Positions 1-17,100 are shown, numbered from the whole stretch's first letter. The stretch is DNA of 63,575 bases, filler included, from Collodictyon triciliatum (GCA_043381765.1; 11 parts of 11 records of this genome joined end to end with filler, not necessarily neighbours in it), one strand, 5' to 3'. Made by a program: numbers and translations. The notes: a model not told the origin generated them from the sequence alone.

Positions 1-76
<76 letters not shown>

Positions 77-181
77 AAAAAAAAAACAAAAAAACAAAAA
101 AAACAAAAAAAACAAAAAAAATTAAACCAAATTAAACTCCAGGCAGGACACGGACCGAAGAGGACAGCGCGCCGGGCAGCG

Positions 182-2725
<2,544 letters not shown>

Positions 2726-3845
2726 GGTCGATTGTAAATATACGTCACAGCCATCTGCCAAGATTTCTCGACTTAATTTTTCAGAGTATCAACAAAAAAA
2801 TTAAATCTTTCCTTAAAAATAACTGAATAAAGGAAACTTATTATAATAAACCAAACCGACTACTTGGGTGCTGGAAATGAAAAAATCCACCACGGCATTT
2901 GATGAAAGTTTTGAAGCTCTATCTAACTTGTTTTCTTCTGGGCTTTTGCCGCTTCCCTTCAGAAACCATTAACACACTGTCCGAAGTATTCACCTCAGCA
3001 CATATTTTATTTAATTCTTCCTTCCAATCACATCAACACACATAAATACATGCTTATGCTTATCTATATATGATAGGACAGATATGCAACCGCACACATT
3101 CACCCACTTTTTTTTTTTGGATTATGCAGAAGAAGCGTTCTTGTAAGAGAAGCCCCGGATTAGATATCTTTTCCCGGTCGCCCTACACTTGCCCACTTAC
3201 CACTTTTTTTTTCTCTTCTGACGCTTTTCCTATCTCTTAGGTTGTTGGCATACAATTCTCATTTCCTCCAAGCAAGAACAAAAAAAGAAAAAAAAAAGAA
3301 AAAAAAGAAAAAAAAGAAAAAAAAAGCGAATTTGTTAAAATGAGTTCAATATTGCAAAGTGCGCCGTTCTGTGGGTGCAATGTTTTAACTCTCAGACCCA
3401 CATCTTCGACACAACGTTCTCTCATTTCTAGTTTCATTTCATGTTCAATCTCTTATGGAGACTGCAAACTGTGTGTTGCAATATTTTAGGTATTTGCGAT
3501 AAATAAAACCAATAGATAATATTACTTGAACATGAAGGCAAAATATGTCGATGTACCCATAGTTATGTGCCTCATATTTTCATTCGCCAGACTCGCACAT
3601 CGACAATAGTATGGACTCGAGGCAACCAAATATATACAGCTATTTTGATTTATTGCTAATGAATTGCACGCCATTCAGAGGGGATGTGAGTGGACCGTGG
3701 TTCGTCAATATCTCCAGACAAAATCACCTTGGTCTTGCGACATTTGTAGAATTATGGCTTGTATCAACCACGTATATCAGTTGGTTTAATTCCAGTCCCT
3801 ATCTGTCCCTGGGAACGGCTGTGACGCCGATGATGTTCTTCATAT

Positions 3846-5655
3846 TTATACTTTTGTAATAATCGGCTCATTTTCAAAAATAGTACTCCATTGGTCTTCA
3901 TCTTCATTTGTAGTTCCAGTGAGCCTTTTGAGCTTTTCGAGCCAATGCGTGTACAAATCTGTGCTCAAGAATATAACGCAATAGAAAATCCCTACAATTC
4001 CAGTCGTGACAATCTGTAACCTCCAAAGGTCATATATGTCTTCATGTCTGTTATTTTCGTGAAGTTTGACCCGATTGGAAAATGAGATGCAAAAGACGAC
4101 GCAGAAGCAAACGATAAATATTATTTGCCGAAGAACTCGGATGTAGAACCCACTTTGAGTGGCTGTATCTTGCGCACTAAATTGCCTTGTGATAATCTGT
4201 GGTGGTTTTTTTTTTTTAAAAAAAAAATAATAATAAATATCTGTATTGCAGGCGACAAAAATTACAAAAATAAAATCTGATGTGATCCCTTTTTGGTGAA
4301 GTAGTTTGCCAAACACCAATCTCTTGTCTTGTGTAAGGCTGATATGCATCCTCTTTTTTCCCATTGTATAGTACGTGAGATCGTGATTACTATTTACCTT
4401 TCGGACTTTAGATATGGTAGAAACCCACATGAACACTCCAATTACGAGATAAGTTGACATCTGTATGTAAAACACGTATAACTGTAGGTTGAAGTTCTCT
4501 CCTTTTATCCAACACCTGAAAAGAGGAAAGAATAAATCAAAATGGGCTCATGAATATTTACACTTTGCTTGGGAGACATTTGAGAATATGTCTAAAGTAA
4601 ATCAAATCTTGAGCGTTTTTCGAATCAAAGCGGCCATGAGAATTACCAGAAACCACTGTTTCCAATTTGATTAAAAGCCAATAATAAAGAGGATATAAGC
4701 AGAGAGCTGCCCCAACCAGCGATGTGATAATATTTTGTGCTCTCCTATTTTCATAAAATTTAGACAAAAATTATTCACTCACAAGATGGACAAGGAAAGG
4801 ACCATGAAAAGGAAAAAAATTTAAGGAGCATAACCGATTTTCAATCCTAATATTTTTTATAACAAAGTAGTGAAGAAGAAAAACTAAAGGCAAATTAATG
4901 CAATTTTGGACTTACTTTCCTCATCTGTAGATTGCCACGTACAATCGAAAACCACATGTGAAATGTCATGAAAAACCACCACATCAAAGTCGAATTTAAG
5001 AAAAATTCGACAAAAAAGCCTAATAATTCACGTAGCAATTAAAAAAACTGCACTTTCGTATTTAATCGCTTTAAAATTAGTTGAATTTGGTATACATCAC
5101 GTTGATAAATGCAAAAGTTGTAAAAAAGACACATAATTGAAGAAGACTCCTGTCAACTTAAGCATGTTTTTTTTTGGAAAAAAGCAACATACCTTGTACT
5201 AAGCACCACGGCTCATCATCAAGAAACTTGTCCTTACTGGTCATATCTACCATCAACAATGAGAGGTTAAAACCACCAGATGCAATACCAAAGTAGAATG
5301 AGAAGGTCTCGCTTGCTTTCCTTCTGATCCGGGGATATTGTGGTGAGTTTTGTTTTGTTTTGTTTTGTTTTGTTTCAGGGCATATGGATCAAGACTCTGT
5401 CGCAGTGTGAATGGAGGGAAATATAATAAAAGATAAAGATGACGTTGACAACGCAGTATACAATAAAAAAATGTATAAGGATTACCTTGTTTCTTTGTGA
5501 AGATAGTAGCTCAACAGGGTCAGCCCACTCAAGACCACAGACGTGATATTGACAGCCAGCATCAAGTCATAGAGCCGACTCACTTGCCTGCTCGTCAAGC
5601 CAGCAAGGAGCGGGTTTATGGCGTAGTATTCGCTCAACTTCTCTGCATCATCCAT
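3846..5655 (-). CDS. 7TM GPCR, cAMP-receptor-like / Frizzled-Smoothened-like without CRD (multi-exon; 3' end uncertain)
   Basis: The spliced product contains SVVLSGLTLLSY, WCLVQGFFVEFFLNSTLMWWFFMTFHMW, KYYHIAGWG and FWCWIKG, followed by further TM helices. Confidence 0.75.
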
Positions 5656-6258
5656 TGGAAGTCACCCTATCACAATAGTTTGTAGTATTTGATAGTGACC
5701 AACAATTCATTCTCAAGCAACGAAATACAAACAACAGCGCATTCACGACTTGTATACGCAGACGAAATACGCAGTCTTTTTCGCGAGCGGTTGCTTTTTG
5801 AACGCAGTTGCGCTTTTTTTTTCTTTTTCTCGGTTTTTTTCTGTTTTTTCCAATATCCTTTTGCTAATTCTTTTCTTTCTCCGTGTTTGGGGGAATGTTG
5901 AGCATGACCGGCCGATGCCTGCTTTGACAGGAACGGAGTTTGGGTGATCGGTTCTTTTGGGCGCTCTCTTGAGTTTTGCGTGTTGCTCTCCTGTCTTTGT
6001 GCCTTTTCGACGGTTTGGGTATGACTTGGCAACTTTCTTTGATCGGAATGCAGCCGCCTTTTTTCCCCCAACTTCGATCGCACAGCATCCATCTCCAAAT
6101 CAGAAGAACAGTCTATTTTTTTCTTTTTTCTTTTTCTTTCTCTCTTCTCTCTCCTCTCTTCTCTCTTCTCTCTTCTCTCTTCTCTCTTCTCTCTTCTCTC
6201 TTCTCTCTTCTCTCTTCTCTCTTCTCTCTTCTCTCTTCTCTCTTCTCTCTTCTCTCTT

Positions 6259-6358
6259 NNNNNNNNNNNNNNNNNNNNNNNNNNNNNNNNNNNNNNNNNN
6301 NNTTAATTAATTAANNNNNNNNNNNNNNNNNNNNNNNNNNNNNNNNNNNNNNNNNNNN
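6259..6358. other. Artificial contig linker (N-run + TTAATTAATTAA + N-run); also at 12615-12714, 18970-19069, 25328-25427, 31699-31798, 38050-38149, 44364-44463, 50714-50813, 54585-54684, 60933-61032
   Basis: The same 100-bp spacer with stops in all six frames recurs ten times. The segments between spacers are mostly about 6.25 kb, as expected for size-sorted contigs. Confidence 0.97.
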
Positions 6359-6407
<49 letters not shown>

Positions 6408-6680
6408 AAAAAAAAACCAAAAAAAAACCAAAAAAAAACCAAAAAAAAACCAAAAAAAAACCAAAAAAAACCAAAAAAAAACCAAAAAAAAACCAAAAAA
6501 AACCAAAAAAACCAAAAAAAACCAAAAAAACCAAAAAAAAAACAAAATAACAAAAAACAGATATTCAAAACAGGTTCAACTCATGTAAAAATCTTGATGA
6601 TTTTCATTTTCATTTTCTTTATGATTATTGTATAGTTGAACCACCATTCCTTTGAAATGTTTATAGTATACATTTTTTAG

Positions 6681-8171
6681 TACTACTTCAGAGCTGTTAT
6701 ATATTGGAGCTGCTGCTGCTCTGCTAGGGCTTTACACTCTTATTAGGTCAAAAAATAAAAGCACAAGGATAGTTGGATATGTTACGCTTTCGGGTAATGC
6801 AGTTAATTAGTGAATGTATCTCAATTATTGTTTTTACAAAAGGATGTCTCAGTACATCTAACAGAGTCGACATGAAAGAGAAAAAGCAACAAAAAGCAAT
6901 AAGAAGCAACAAAAAGCAATAAGAAACAACAAGAAACAACAAGAAACAACAAGAAACAACAAGAAACAACAAGAAACAACATCCAGATAATAGCTCCGTA
7001 TCATAAACTGATGTTTAATTTCAAGTACAAATCTACTTGGATGTATATATACACGTTTTAACAGTCGCACATTAAAAAAAAAACGAATAGCACACACATT
7101 CTACATTCTTGTCTTTTGTTATCTGGCCAATCTGGAGCTGAACGACCCACTTCATCTTGGAGTCCAGCTCCGCTTCTTTCCTCAAGTTCGAATTTATCAT
7201 CGAGAAGCGGTTTCCCCCCTGCATTACTATTCTCTAATATAAATGGTCTATTTCATCAAGCCTTCTTAGTGAATCTATACGAACTTAATCACCAAAACAT
7301 TTAATATAAGGCTGTTGTAATTGTAACTTTTTGGGCGATACTTGGCTTTGCAAAATTATTTGCAACCAAACAAAATATACAATGGATAGCATTACTATTG
7401 GTAGGAGCTCAACTGTACAAACATTATGAAAAGTTTGACATGAGCCAAAATCACCACTTCTCCCAATTTGGAAGAGCCGTCTTGTCTGTCTTACCAACGG
7501 TAACGATTAATCATTACATCAAACTGTTGCATATTTTTTTTGTCGAAAAATTAAAATTATGGACTACCCGTTCTAATATTTTTATTATCACTTTTCCTCT
7601 CCCTGCTTCATATTAGTTATGCAAAACTTATTAAGTTCATAAAGTCTGTCACCCATTCACCGTAAATTGTTGTGGATATGCTCTAAAAAAATGTTTATAT
7701 AAATTACACACCTGCTAGAATGCAATGGTTTTATGTCGCGGAGACCTCGCAATCAATACCTTCCGGTACGTCCAAGATGTTGATGGATTCAGAAAGGATT
7801 TGACAATATTGGATCAGGTTTCTCAAAATTTACCCAGTCATTCTTTTTTTATTTTTTTATTTTTTTTTATTCTTCCTTTCAATTTGTGCAAGGTGATGGT
7901 ATTTCGACTTTGGTTCCCTAGCCATCATTTGCATTTACCTGACCATTCTATTCATTTCTATCATATAATCCTGTTTTGTTATTTCAATTGAGGCAAATAG
8001 GTTTGATGAAGATTTGGGTGAATAAAATACAATTATTCGCGCAACATTCACAACAAATCAGTTTAATTATTTTTCCTTTGCAATCCTCGAAAACTCTTAT
8101 ATGTTTTTTTTTTTTTTTTTTTTTTTTCCTTTCAGTTTGTGCAAGGTGGTGTTTAATTTTTTGCGGTTGTG

Positions 8172-8210
<39 letters not shown>

Positions 8211-9950
8211 TCTTCCTTTCAGTTTGTGCAAGATGGTGTTTAACTTTTGGCCGTTGTGCTATTTTTTCTTTTATATTTTCCATGACATTTCCCCAATCGA
8301 CCTTATTTTTTTTCTTCGTTGAGAAATATTACAATACTATCTAATCACAAATAGGAGATAATGACATGGGATTGGTTTTTGGAGATGCATAGAGAAACGT
8401 ATAGTCACGTAGTTTTCCCTGGAACTCATTATCACGTGAGCCAGCCAGGAAGCTACAACCTTTCCAATTTCCTTGCGCACAACATGGCCCGATTTCCAGG
8501 AGGCATATATGTACACGGCGGATTGAAACCTGGGTATGAGATTTATATCGCTCTAATAATGAATGGGATAAAATAGATATCATTTGGGAGCTGTATTGAA
8601 TAAAGGGAGAAAAATTGGGAACTGTATTGTAGTATTTTTTTCTTGTAAATTTACTTCAAATGAAAATTACTTATATTTCGCGTTACGCAAAAATAAATAA
8701 TAAATAAAATTAAATACATAAAATAATAGAATAAATAAATAAAATAAAATAAAATAGTACTAATTAAGTTTTCCTTGTTATGATGCCCAAAGTGATAACA
8801 GTTACCAATTGGAGTATGAATCCATCCCTTATGGATTGTCCGAAAAAATAGTCTACGCAGGTTTATTTTGAAATGATTATCCCTCTTAAGATTTTTTCTT
8901 CGTGTAGACGACCTAAACTGCATGCGTTAATGTCTCCTTTCTATTTTACATCAGGAAAGGTGATTGATATCGAAGAGTATGTCGTTGAGAACGAAGCGCA
9001 CATGCCCACCGAAGAAACAATGCCCATCCCAGATCCTGTTAAATATGGCGAAGAAACATGGGAGGTAAATTAAAAAGAGAAAAAGAAGTGAATATGACCT
9101 ATGAAAAAGTTTGGTGATATGATTTAATTTAATTTAATTTAATTAGATATTTATCATTATTTTTTTTTAATACCATCCAATAAACATGATTAACTTCACT
9201 ATTCTCGTCTCGTGGTCGAAGAACATGGTCGCTGTGAAATATTATGAATCAAAACACAACCAAGCACTATTCCTACTGAATAATGGTATCCAAACCCACC
9301 AGAAGATTTCATTTGTCAACGCAGGCAAGACATAATTACTTTCTTTTACTTTAAATTGTTGCTTAAAAATCAACAGCGACACAATTCCTATCAGTAACAA
9401 ATTGTGTTCTCTGGTCAATAATTATTATGAAATGCAGCTTATTTGATATACGTTAAATATGCAATATTGAATTCGTGACTCGTTCAAATATATTTTCTTT
9501 ATTTCTTCTCTAAATACATGAAAAAAATGCAATCCTTAAATTATTATTTCTCTTTTATATAGCAAACAAATTAGCTGAATTGCTAAAAGAACAGCCCAAA
9601 CCTGGAAACTGGGTTTATCGAAACGCGGGGATAGCTTATTCTCGCCTATTGACATACAACGATAACACGCATGAAGTGAGTCTCCATCTACTTGAAGAGA
9701 CTTCCTTAGCGGAGAGCAAATATGACGGGATATTATCAAATTAGGGACCTATCAACATTATGACATATTTATGTTTTCTTAATTTAATACACTACAATAT
9801 TCCTTTGTTGGTAGGAAGTAAGAGAATACCTGGAAGGAGTTGTTTCTACATGGTCAAAGTACCTCAAAGTAACTTCTACAATTTATTAGTTCGATAACAT
9901 AACAATACCATACAATAAAAGAGAGAAATGACTGGTCTGGCAGTTAATGC

Positions 9951-10035
<85 letters not shown>

Positions 10036-10325
10036 TAGCAATAATAATAATAAATAGTGAATAATAATCATCTATTGCAAATGATATGCCATCATGCTGT
10101 GATGAGTATGTTTTCTTTTTTTATTTTATTATTTATTTATTGGAATTAGTCTTTCTCCTGATATCGTCTAGACTCAATTTGCATCTTTTACTAAGCTCTC
10201 TATATTGTTCCCTGTACCTTTTTGTGTAGATCGCACCGAAATCGGAAACTGGGCTGCAGGAAATACGGAGTGCATTGGAAAGCTATCGGCCCGCGCTGGC
10301 GAGATACACGAAGCAACATATATGA
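6681..10325 (+). CDS. TMEM260: TMEM260/DUF2723 protein O-mannosyltransferase homolog (5'-truncated, multi-exon)
   Basis: Exons encode YLANLELNDPLHLGVQLRFFPQ, CRGDLAINTFRYVQDVDGFRKDLTILDQ|EIMTWDWF and VVFPG, matching TMEM260. TGA stop at 10323-10325. Confidence 0.8.
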
Positions 10326-10642
10326 ACTGATTTTTCTACTGGGTTTCGAATCGAATATAAAAAAAAAAAAGAGAAAATAAAAAAGCGTCAAAATAATAAT
10401 ATATACATATACAGATACAGATACAGACAGATACAGACAGACACAGACAGATACAGACAGATACAGACAGATACAGACAGATACAGACAGATACAGACAG
10501 ATACAGACAGATACAGACAGATACAGATACAGATAATAAAACGGAATTATTCTCTCTCTCTCTCTCTCTTATTTATATATATATTTTTTATTACGTCGCG
10601 CATTACGCAACTGGGGCGAGGCGATGGGAAGGGGGCGTCTGG

Positions 10643-11743
10643 TCAGATCACAGCGATGGAGAGGACTGCGCTGGAGTGGCCGGTCATGCTGAGCAGCGGC
10701 GAGCCCTTGGTGTCGTGGAGGCGGATGGAGCGGTCGTCGGAGCCGGACGCGATGGCGATGGAGTTGTTGTGGTGGTACCAGGCGAGGACATTGACATCGT
10801 CCTGGTGCGAGGTGATGGTCTTGAGGACGTTGGCGGAGCGGCGGTCCCAGATGCGGATGGTGTCGTCGTCGGAGGCGGAGACAACGAGGTTTGTGAGGTC
10901 TGTGGTTTCCAGGGTGGGCGGGACCGGGGACGAGTCGAAAGCGCGCACGAGGGCGTCGGAGCCCGCGAGAAGGTAGTTGACGTTGCTGGTGTGTGCGCGC
11001 CAAAGGCCGGCCGACGAGGCTGTGCGCCGGTCCCAGAGGCGGATGTGGTGGTCACACGCCCCGGAGTAGACGATGTTGGTGTCTATCTGCGTGGGCGTGG
11101 CGCAGCGCACCTGGCTCGTGTGCCCCTGCAAAACCTGCGTGCACGCAAACGTCTCCACGTCCCACACGCGCACGGTGTTGTCGTTCGACCCGGACACAAA
11201 CAGCGACTCGGTGATGGGCATCGTGAAGCACGTAAACTCCGTGTGGCCGGACAGAGAGCGCAGCTCCCGCAGCGGGCTGATGTCGTAGACGTCGATGGCC
11301 CGCTTCTGGTACGTGGCCTTCAGCAGGAGCCCCACCCCGCCCCACGCCTCGTTGGGGCTCTGCAGCCCGATTCGCCGGTTGGGCAGCGGCATGTAGGACA
11401 GGCAGTGCAGATAGCAGCCGGACGCAGCCACGTTCTGGATGCTCTGGAACTTGGAGCCGGCATCCTCTTTGTTGCCCGCCCCCGTGTTCTTGCCGGTGCT
11501 TTCTGGCGGCGCGGAGTACAGGCGCAGGGTCGAGTCGTCCGAGGCCGATGCAAAGACGTACTGGTGCTGGCCTTTGCCCTGGCTGGACTCGATTCTGCCC
11601 CATGCGCGGTAAGGAATCGAGCAGATTCCGTAGACTGTGGACGTGTGCAGCGATAGGGTCTGCACGCACCGTTGGGAGTCTGGGAGCGTCGGGTTCCAGA
11701 TCTTGACGTTGTTGTCCCGGCCACCAGAGACCAGCCAGTTTTT
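10643..11743 (-). CDS. WD40-repeat protein, long GC-rich terminal exon (upstream exons uncertain or truncated)
   Basis: Repeated GH...SxSxDxxIxxWD motifs, for example LSGHT...VSGSNDNTVRVWD and SASDDDTIRIWD. Acceptor AG lies before KNWLVSGGRDNNVKIW. Confidence 0.9.
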   Translation of the reverse strand, partial: KNWLVSGGRDNNVKIWNPTLPDSQRCVQTLSLHTSTVYGICSIPYRAWGRIESSQGKGQHQYVFASASDDSTLRLYSAPPESTGKNTGAGNKEDAGSKFQSIQNVAASGCYLHCLSYMPLPNRRIGLQSPNEAWGGVGLLLKATYQKRAIDVYDISPLRELRSLSGHTEFTCFTMPITESLFVSGSNDNTVRVWDVETFACTQVLQGHTSQVRCATPTQIDTNIVYSGACDHHIRLWDRRTASSAGLWRAHTSNVNYLLAGSDALVRAFDSSPVPPTLETTDLTNLVVSASDDDTIRIWDRRSANVLKTITSHQDDVNVLAWYHHNNSIAIASGSDDRSIRLHDTKGSPLLSMTGHSSAVLSIAVI

Positions 11744-12467
11744 CTTTTGGGGTTAAGAGTGTGCCTTATGTTAGCTTTTCTGAAGGGAGAGAAAAAGGGT
11801 GCGACCCTGGCTGGTTTAAGCATCATATACGATTAATGAAGCAGCAATAAAAAAAATATAAAAAAAAAGGAAAAAATAATCGAACGAAATAGATTCTACG
11901 ATAATACTCAGGCTCTATTCTATCTATTTGTTTCTTTGTTCTCTTGATTGATTGGTTGTATGTATGTTTGGGGGGGGGGGGGGGGTTTCTGAGTGCAGTC
12001 GCAGGTGGATAGAAAATCAAGACATCATACCGATAATTTTTTTTTGTATGTATTGGATAGAAATTAAGTACATGGGAAGGAATAACAACGTAAACTTACT
12101 CTGCGGACTGAGCAGTAATTGGCTCGAATATTCGACTATAAGCAGAAGATATTGTATGCTCTTAGAATAAAATAAATCATTCTGTGAAATGGTGCTATCG
12201 TGGTAGTGGGTAGTGATATGCTGAATGAGTACAGTATATATATTTTTTAGAAAAAAATTGTAATGGGTTACACGATGGAATTGAAACATACTGCTTTTGT
12301 TTTCTCCTCATCAATAAATATCTCCATCTACGTATATATATATGTGTGTGAATGCAAAAACACAGATAAGATAACAAAGAAATGAGACAAGAGTCATCCA
12401 TTTTAGTCGATATGAAGTCGAAAAAAACTGACAGAAAATTTTAAAATACGTTAAACATACTAGGTCA

Positions 12468-12524
<57 letters not shown>

Positions 12525-12714
12525 CAGTTTCCTACCTCTTTCTGGAGCGCCTGACGGTCCGATTGGGCTGGTAGGAATTCCCTGTATTTTTTTTTTTTTT
12601 TTTTTTTTTTCTCTNNNNNNNNNNNNNNNNNNNNNNNNNNNNNNNNNNNNNNNNNNNNTTAATTAATTAANNNNNNNNNNNNNNNNNNNNNNNNNNNNNN
12701 NNNNNNNNNNNNNN

Positions 12715-12786
<72 letters not shown>

Positions 12787-12873
12787 AAAAAAAACCAAAA
12801 AAAACCAAAAAAACCAAAAAAAAACCAAAAAACAACAAAAATACATAGACACTACTTCAAGTATATCCCAACG

Positions 12874-14019
12874 ATGGAGGCACAAACAGGCGAGACCGAA
12901 CCACTCGTCACAAGCCCACGCTTCAAAGAAGCAGCCTTCACTGCAGAACACTCTGTCGAGAACATCGCTCTTGCAGCGTCCACAGAGTCTGACTTCACCG
13001 AAATCGACGCCGATCTCGACGTTGTTCCGGAGGCCACCGACTCAAACGAAGCTGCAGCTTTCAACAAGGACTACGACCAACCCACAACCCAAACCTTGGA
13101 AGGTTCTGACACTGATCAAGGAATCATCGAAGAGGACGTTTACATCGATAGGGGTGATGGTGATGATACTAATGAGGAAGACAACGACCAATACCATGAT
13201 CGAGATAAAGATAGAGGTGATGATGAAGAGGGATGTGTGGGCCCAGATGAAATGGAAGAGGAAGACGAGGACGAGGAAGAGGAAGAAGATGACGATACCG
13301 GATTCAACTCACGATTTCGAAACCTTCCGCGGCGTTCTTCAGTTGAGCATTTGATGGAAAAGACTCGGCGGCTGCCCGAGATGGGGTCGAGTTCGGGCAC
13401 GATCGAGGAGGATGCCGGAGACAATGCAGGGCTGATTGGTAAAGGAGCGGACATAATCCACGACGAGAGCGACAATCGCCTCGGAGATGACGGTGGTTCG
13501 TCTGACGCGCCAGACTATGCTGTCGGCCCGCTTTCACACAAGACTGATTTGGGACGGATGTCGCTTGGTTCCCTCCAATCTTATCAAACGGAGGAAAGAG
13601 CACCATCGTCAAGGACTGAGGTTGCTGACTCTGTTATCGAGGGGCCCGATGGCGTTTTATCACCCATCGCCAAAGACTCAGAGATGGGCGCTGGTGCTGA
13701 GGGCCAGGGCGCAGAGTCATCTGCTGAGCATGTGTTCAATACTCTGGGGAATAATGAGGAGGCACAGCAGGTCCGCATGGCATCTGGGAAGGATCAGGAT
13801 CGCTTGGTTGTCGGGGACTCTGTTATGACCTCCACTCTCCCGTTAGTCTCCCATAGTCATCACCATCACAACCAAAACCACCACTATGAAGGCATCGACC
13901 CAGATAGCAGTGTTGAGGAGGCTTCAGTCCCGATACGTTCTTTGAATGAGCCGCGTGTGCAAATTTCTGTATCATGCAGGTAACCTGACATCCTCCATGT
14001 TTCCATTCATATTTTTTTA

Positions 14020-14107
<88 letters not shown>

Positions 14108-17100
14108 CATTCTAGAGAGACACCTCATTGATATATTGAAATTCCATTGAGTCTTTTTTTAAGAAACTCTCATATGATTAGGAAAAGTTCATGTAACTCG
14201 TAGCATTTTTTTTTATTGATATATATCTTTTAGGCATGTAAATAGAGAAATCAATAATATATATTTTGCTTTTGTAGGTTGCTCAAATCCACACCACCAA
14301 AAAAAACTAGTGTAATTTGTGCAATATATGCATTGCGATCTAATCAAGAATGGGCTTTCGAAGGTGTAACCGAAATTTCAAGGTATGTGATTTATGTGAG
14401 ATTATATCTAATTTAAATATCCTCCATTCTGCACAAAATGGAAAGGAACAATAAAAAATCAAATTAAATATTTTTGATTGGGAATGGAGTTTGTGTCAGG
14501 TAAATTTATGCGTCTACAAATTAACAAAGATGAAATATACACCACAGAGGCAATACAAGCCCATCGTTCATCCGTTCATTTGTCCTTCAATATGAGCCTC
14601 ATAAAGTATTCCGTATTGTTGTCTATGATTCTGAGCAGCCAAAATTGAACATACAGACCGATTCTCGATATGGGACCATTGTAAACTACCTTCTATAACC
14701 CAATTTTCCGGTTATATTAGTTAAAATCATCATAACATATACATTACTATTTATAATTAACTTCATGGACTTTAAGGAATTTAGCTTGGAAAGTTTGGTT
14801 AATGCTCCAGAAAAACAATTAACAAAGAAAATAAGGTTAGCAATTTGCTGCTTATATTGTGATAGCCTTCAACCTATAACTCAAAAATCAATTTATAGCG
14901 GGGTTTTGTTTAAGGAAATATTCATAATTAAAACTATATCGATTTACACAGTTCTCAAGAAGATGGGGCCAAACGTGAGGGATTTGTGACGATAGTCGGT
15001 AACATTATCAACTGTCTGATTAGGTGCACCATTTGCTTTAAACAAAAGCCTGCTATTGGTTCTCCTCTAAAATCCTCACTGTGATATGGACCTGACTTCA
15101 TCCATGCTAGGTTTCAAATGAGAGGCGAGTTCTTGAAGAATATTGAGAACAGCCAGGAGCCAGGTATTTTCATACTTTACTTCGTCTTTTGGTTATATTA
15201 ATTCTACGAAATAATTGTCTTGGGTAGATGCCACAACTTCAGATATGTGGCACATTTGATTGCAGTTATTTGTCTTTTTTTTCTTCTATATATTAAAATA
15301 CCAATAACACTTCACCATCCTGCACAAAATTGAAAGGAAGAATAAAAAAAATATAATACCAATAACACGTACTTTATCATACAGACACACTTTTTGTGTT
15401 GTCTCGTGTTGAGCATAGAGAGACGGGAAAATTGTCCAGACCTGTCTATTTCAGCGAATGTGTCGAAAAGAGTATATCACCTGTTTTTAAGTACGTCGAG
15501 GTGCCTTTTTCGTGTGTGTTTTCCTCAGAGAATGCTAGCGATCATCTCGAAATAGGCATATTTGAAGTTAATATGGGAATATCCAACCTAATCGGAACAG
15601 TGTCGGTGAGTGCAGTCAATAAGTTACACTTCTCTTATGTACACTGTTATATAGCTATTTGCAATCTGTGCCAACATCCTTATTTTTTTCATTAACTAAA
15701 ATTGCCAAACAGTTTACCGTATTTGATTTGGTGGTGCAACGTAAAACAAGATTTAAGTTGAGAAATGATATTGTGTCAGAGAATGAAAATAATTCTGAAG
15801 GATTCATCGAGATTCTAAAGTTTGAGATTAGAGACACTAGCACTGATTTATTCCAGCCTAAAGAAAGCGTTTCTCTCTCAAAACAACCAAGAAGGATTCA
15901 CTTAAAGCAAACACAAGAGCATATTAGACCTATTCAGTTAGTATCAAATTTTGACTTTACGAACCTTCAAGCCCGAATGGATTCACTGAAGCATTTGGCC
16001 GACCAGATGCAACGAGAAGCAGTAGAGGAAATAACCTTAGAGGCTGACCATGTTTTGAGTCAAATCACAAAGGATCTTTTGCCCAATGGTGAGTTATTAC
16101 AAGCACACCATATTTAATAGATATATATGTTTCTAATAGTATGGCAAGTCCTTCATGTTTTAGGATGGATATAATAACTATTACAAAATTTTTTGAATCG
16201 AATAAAGGAAAAAAAACTATTACAAAAATTTTCATAGAAACCGACATCTTCCAGGCAATTGCCTCAGAAAACTATGCAAATATACATGAACACAAATCAT
16301 AATTTATGTACAATCTGACCGCATCGTATGTTCATTATTGTAATAGAAAATGCCAGAACATACTTTCGAGAGAATGGAGGATTAGCCACTTTGGTAAAGA
16401 TGATGAAATCACGGGATAAGATAATATCCAAGCCCGTCTTGGGGCTTATGAAATTCCTGACATCAAACGGTGCATTTTTTTTTATTCTTAATATTTAGAC
16501 TATATCCCCTATCCCCTCCAACTGGTTGTTCTTTTTCCCTGATGCGTGTGTTTCTATCATATTTTCTCTCTGAAATCATACTAATGCAACTAGCCGAATG
16601 TTAATATCTCTAGGAGATACCCGCAAAGAACTTGTTAAAGCTGGCATTCTTCCTGTTCTTTCCATACATCTTTACTCCGCCTATGACGAAGACCTCAAAA
16701 GATTGGCCATTTGGAACATCGCGCACTTATGCAGGAATGAGCGTAATCTTAAAACATAACATCCCTGTTTGATATAGGCTCTCTAACAGCGATTCAAAAC
16801 AAAGTCTACTATCGCTTACTAAAATTCGATTGGTCTTTTTCTGTCATCTGATCTCTTGTTATCTTAAAAACAAAAAAATACAAAGAAAATATCTAAATCA
16901 AAGTGTGATATGCTACTATGCAAGTCGATAATAATACGCTAAGCGATGATTTCTTTATCAGCTAAAAATAAGGTGGCCATCAAAGATTTGGGTATCCTTC
17001 CCTTGTTAATTGGTCTTTTAAAATCATCTGATACTGATATGGTTTCACTGTGCTGTTGGACTCTCTCCACGATAGTTTTTAAGGATTGTACGTCATTTTA

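Noticed and set aside
6303-6314. Recurrent palindromic TTAATTAATTAA every ~6.3 kb
   Set aside because: It always sits inside N runs and is an artificial six-frame-stop contig linker.
10676-11656. 326-aa plus-strand ORF overlapping the WD40 gene
   Set aside because: It is an antisense shadow of a GC-rich coding exon and has no recognisable motifs.
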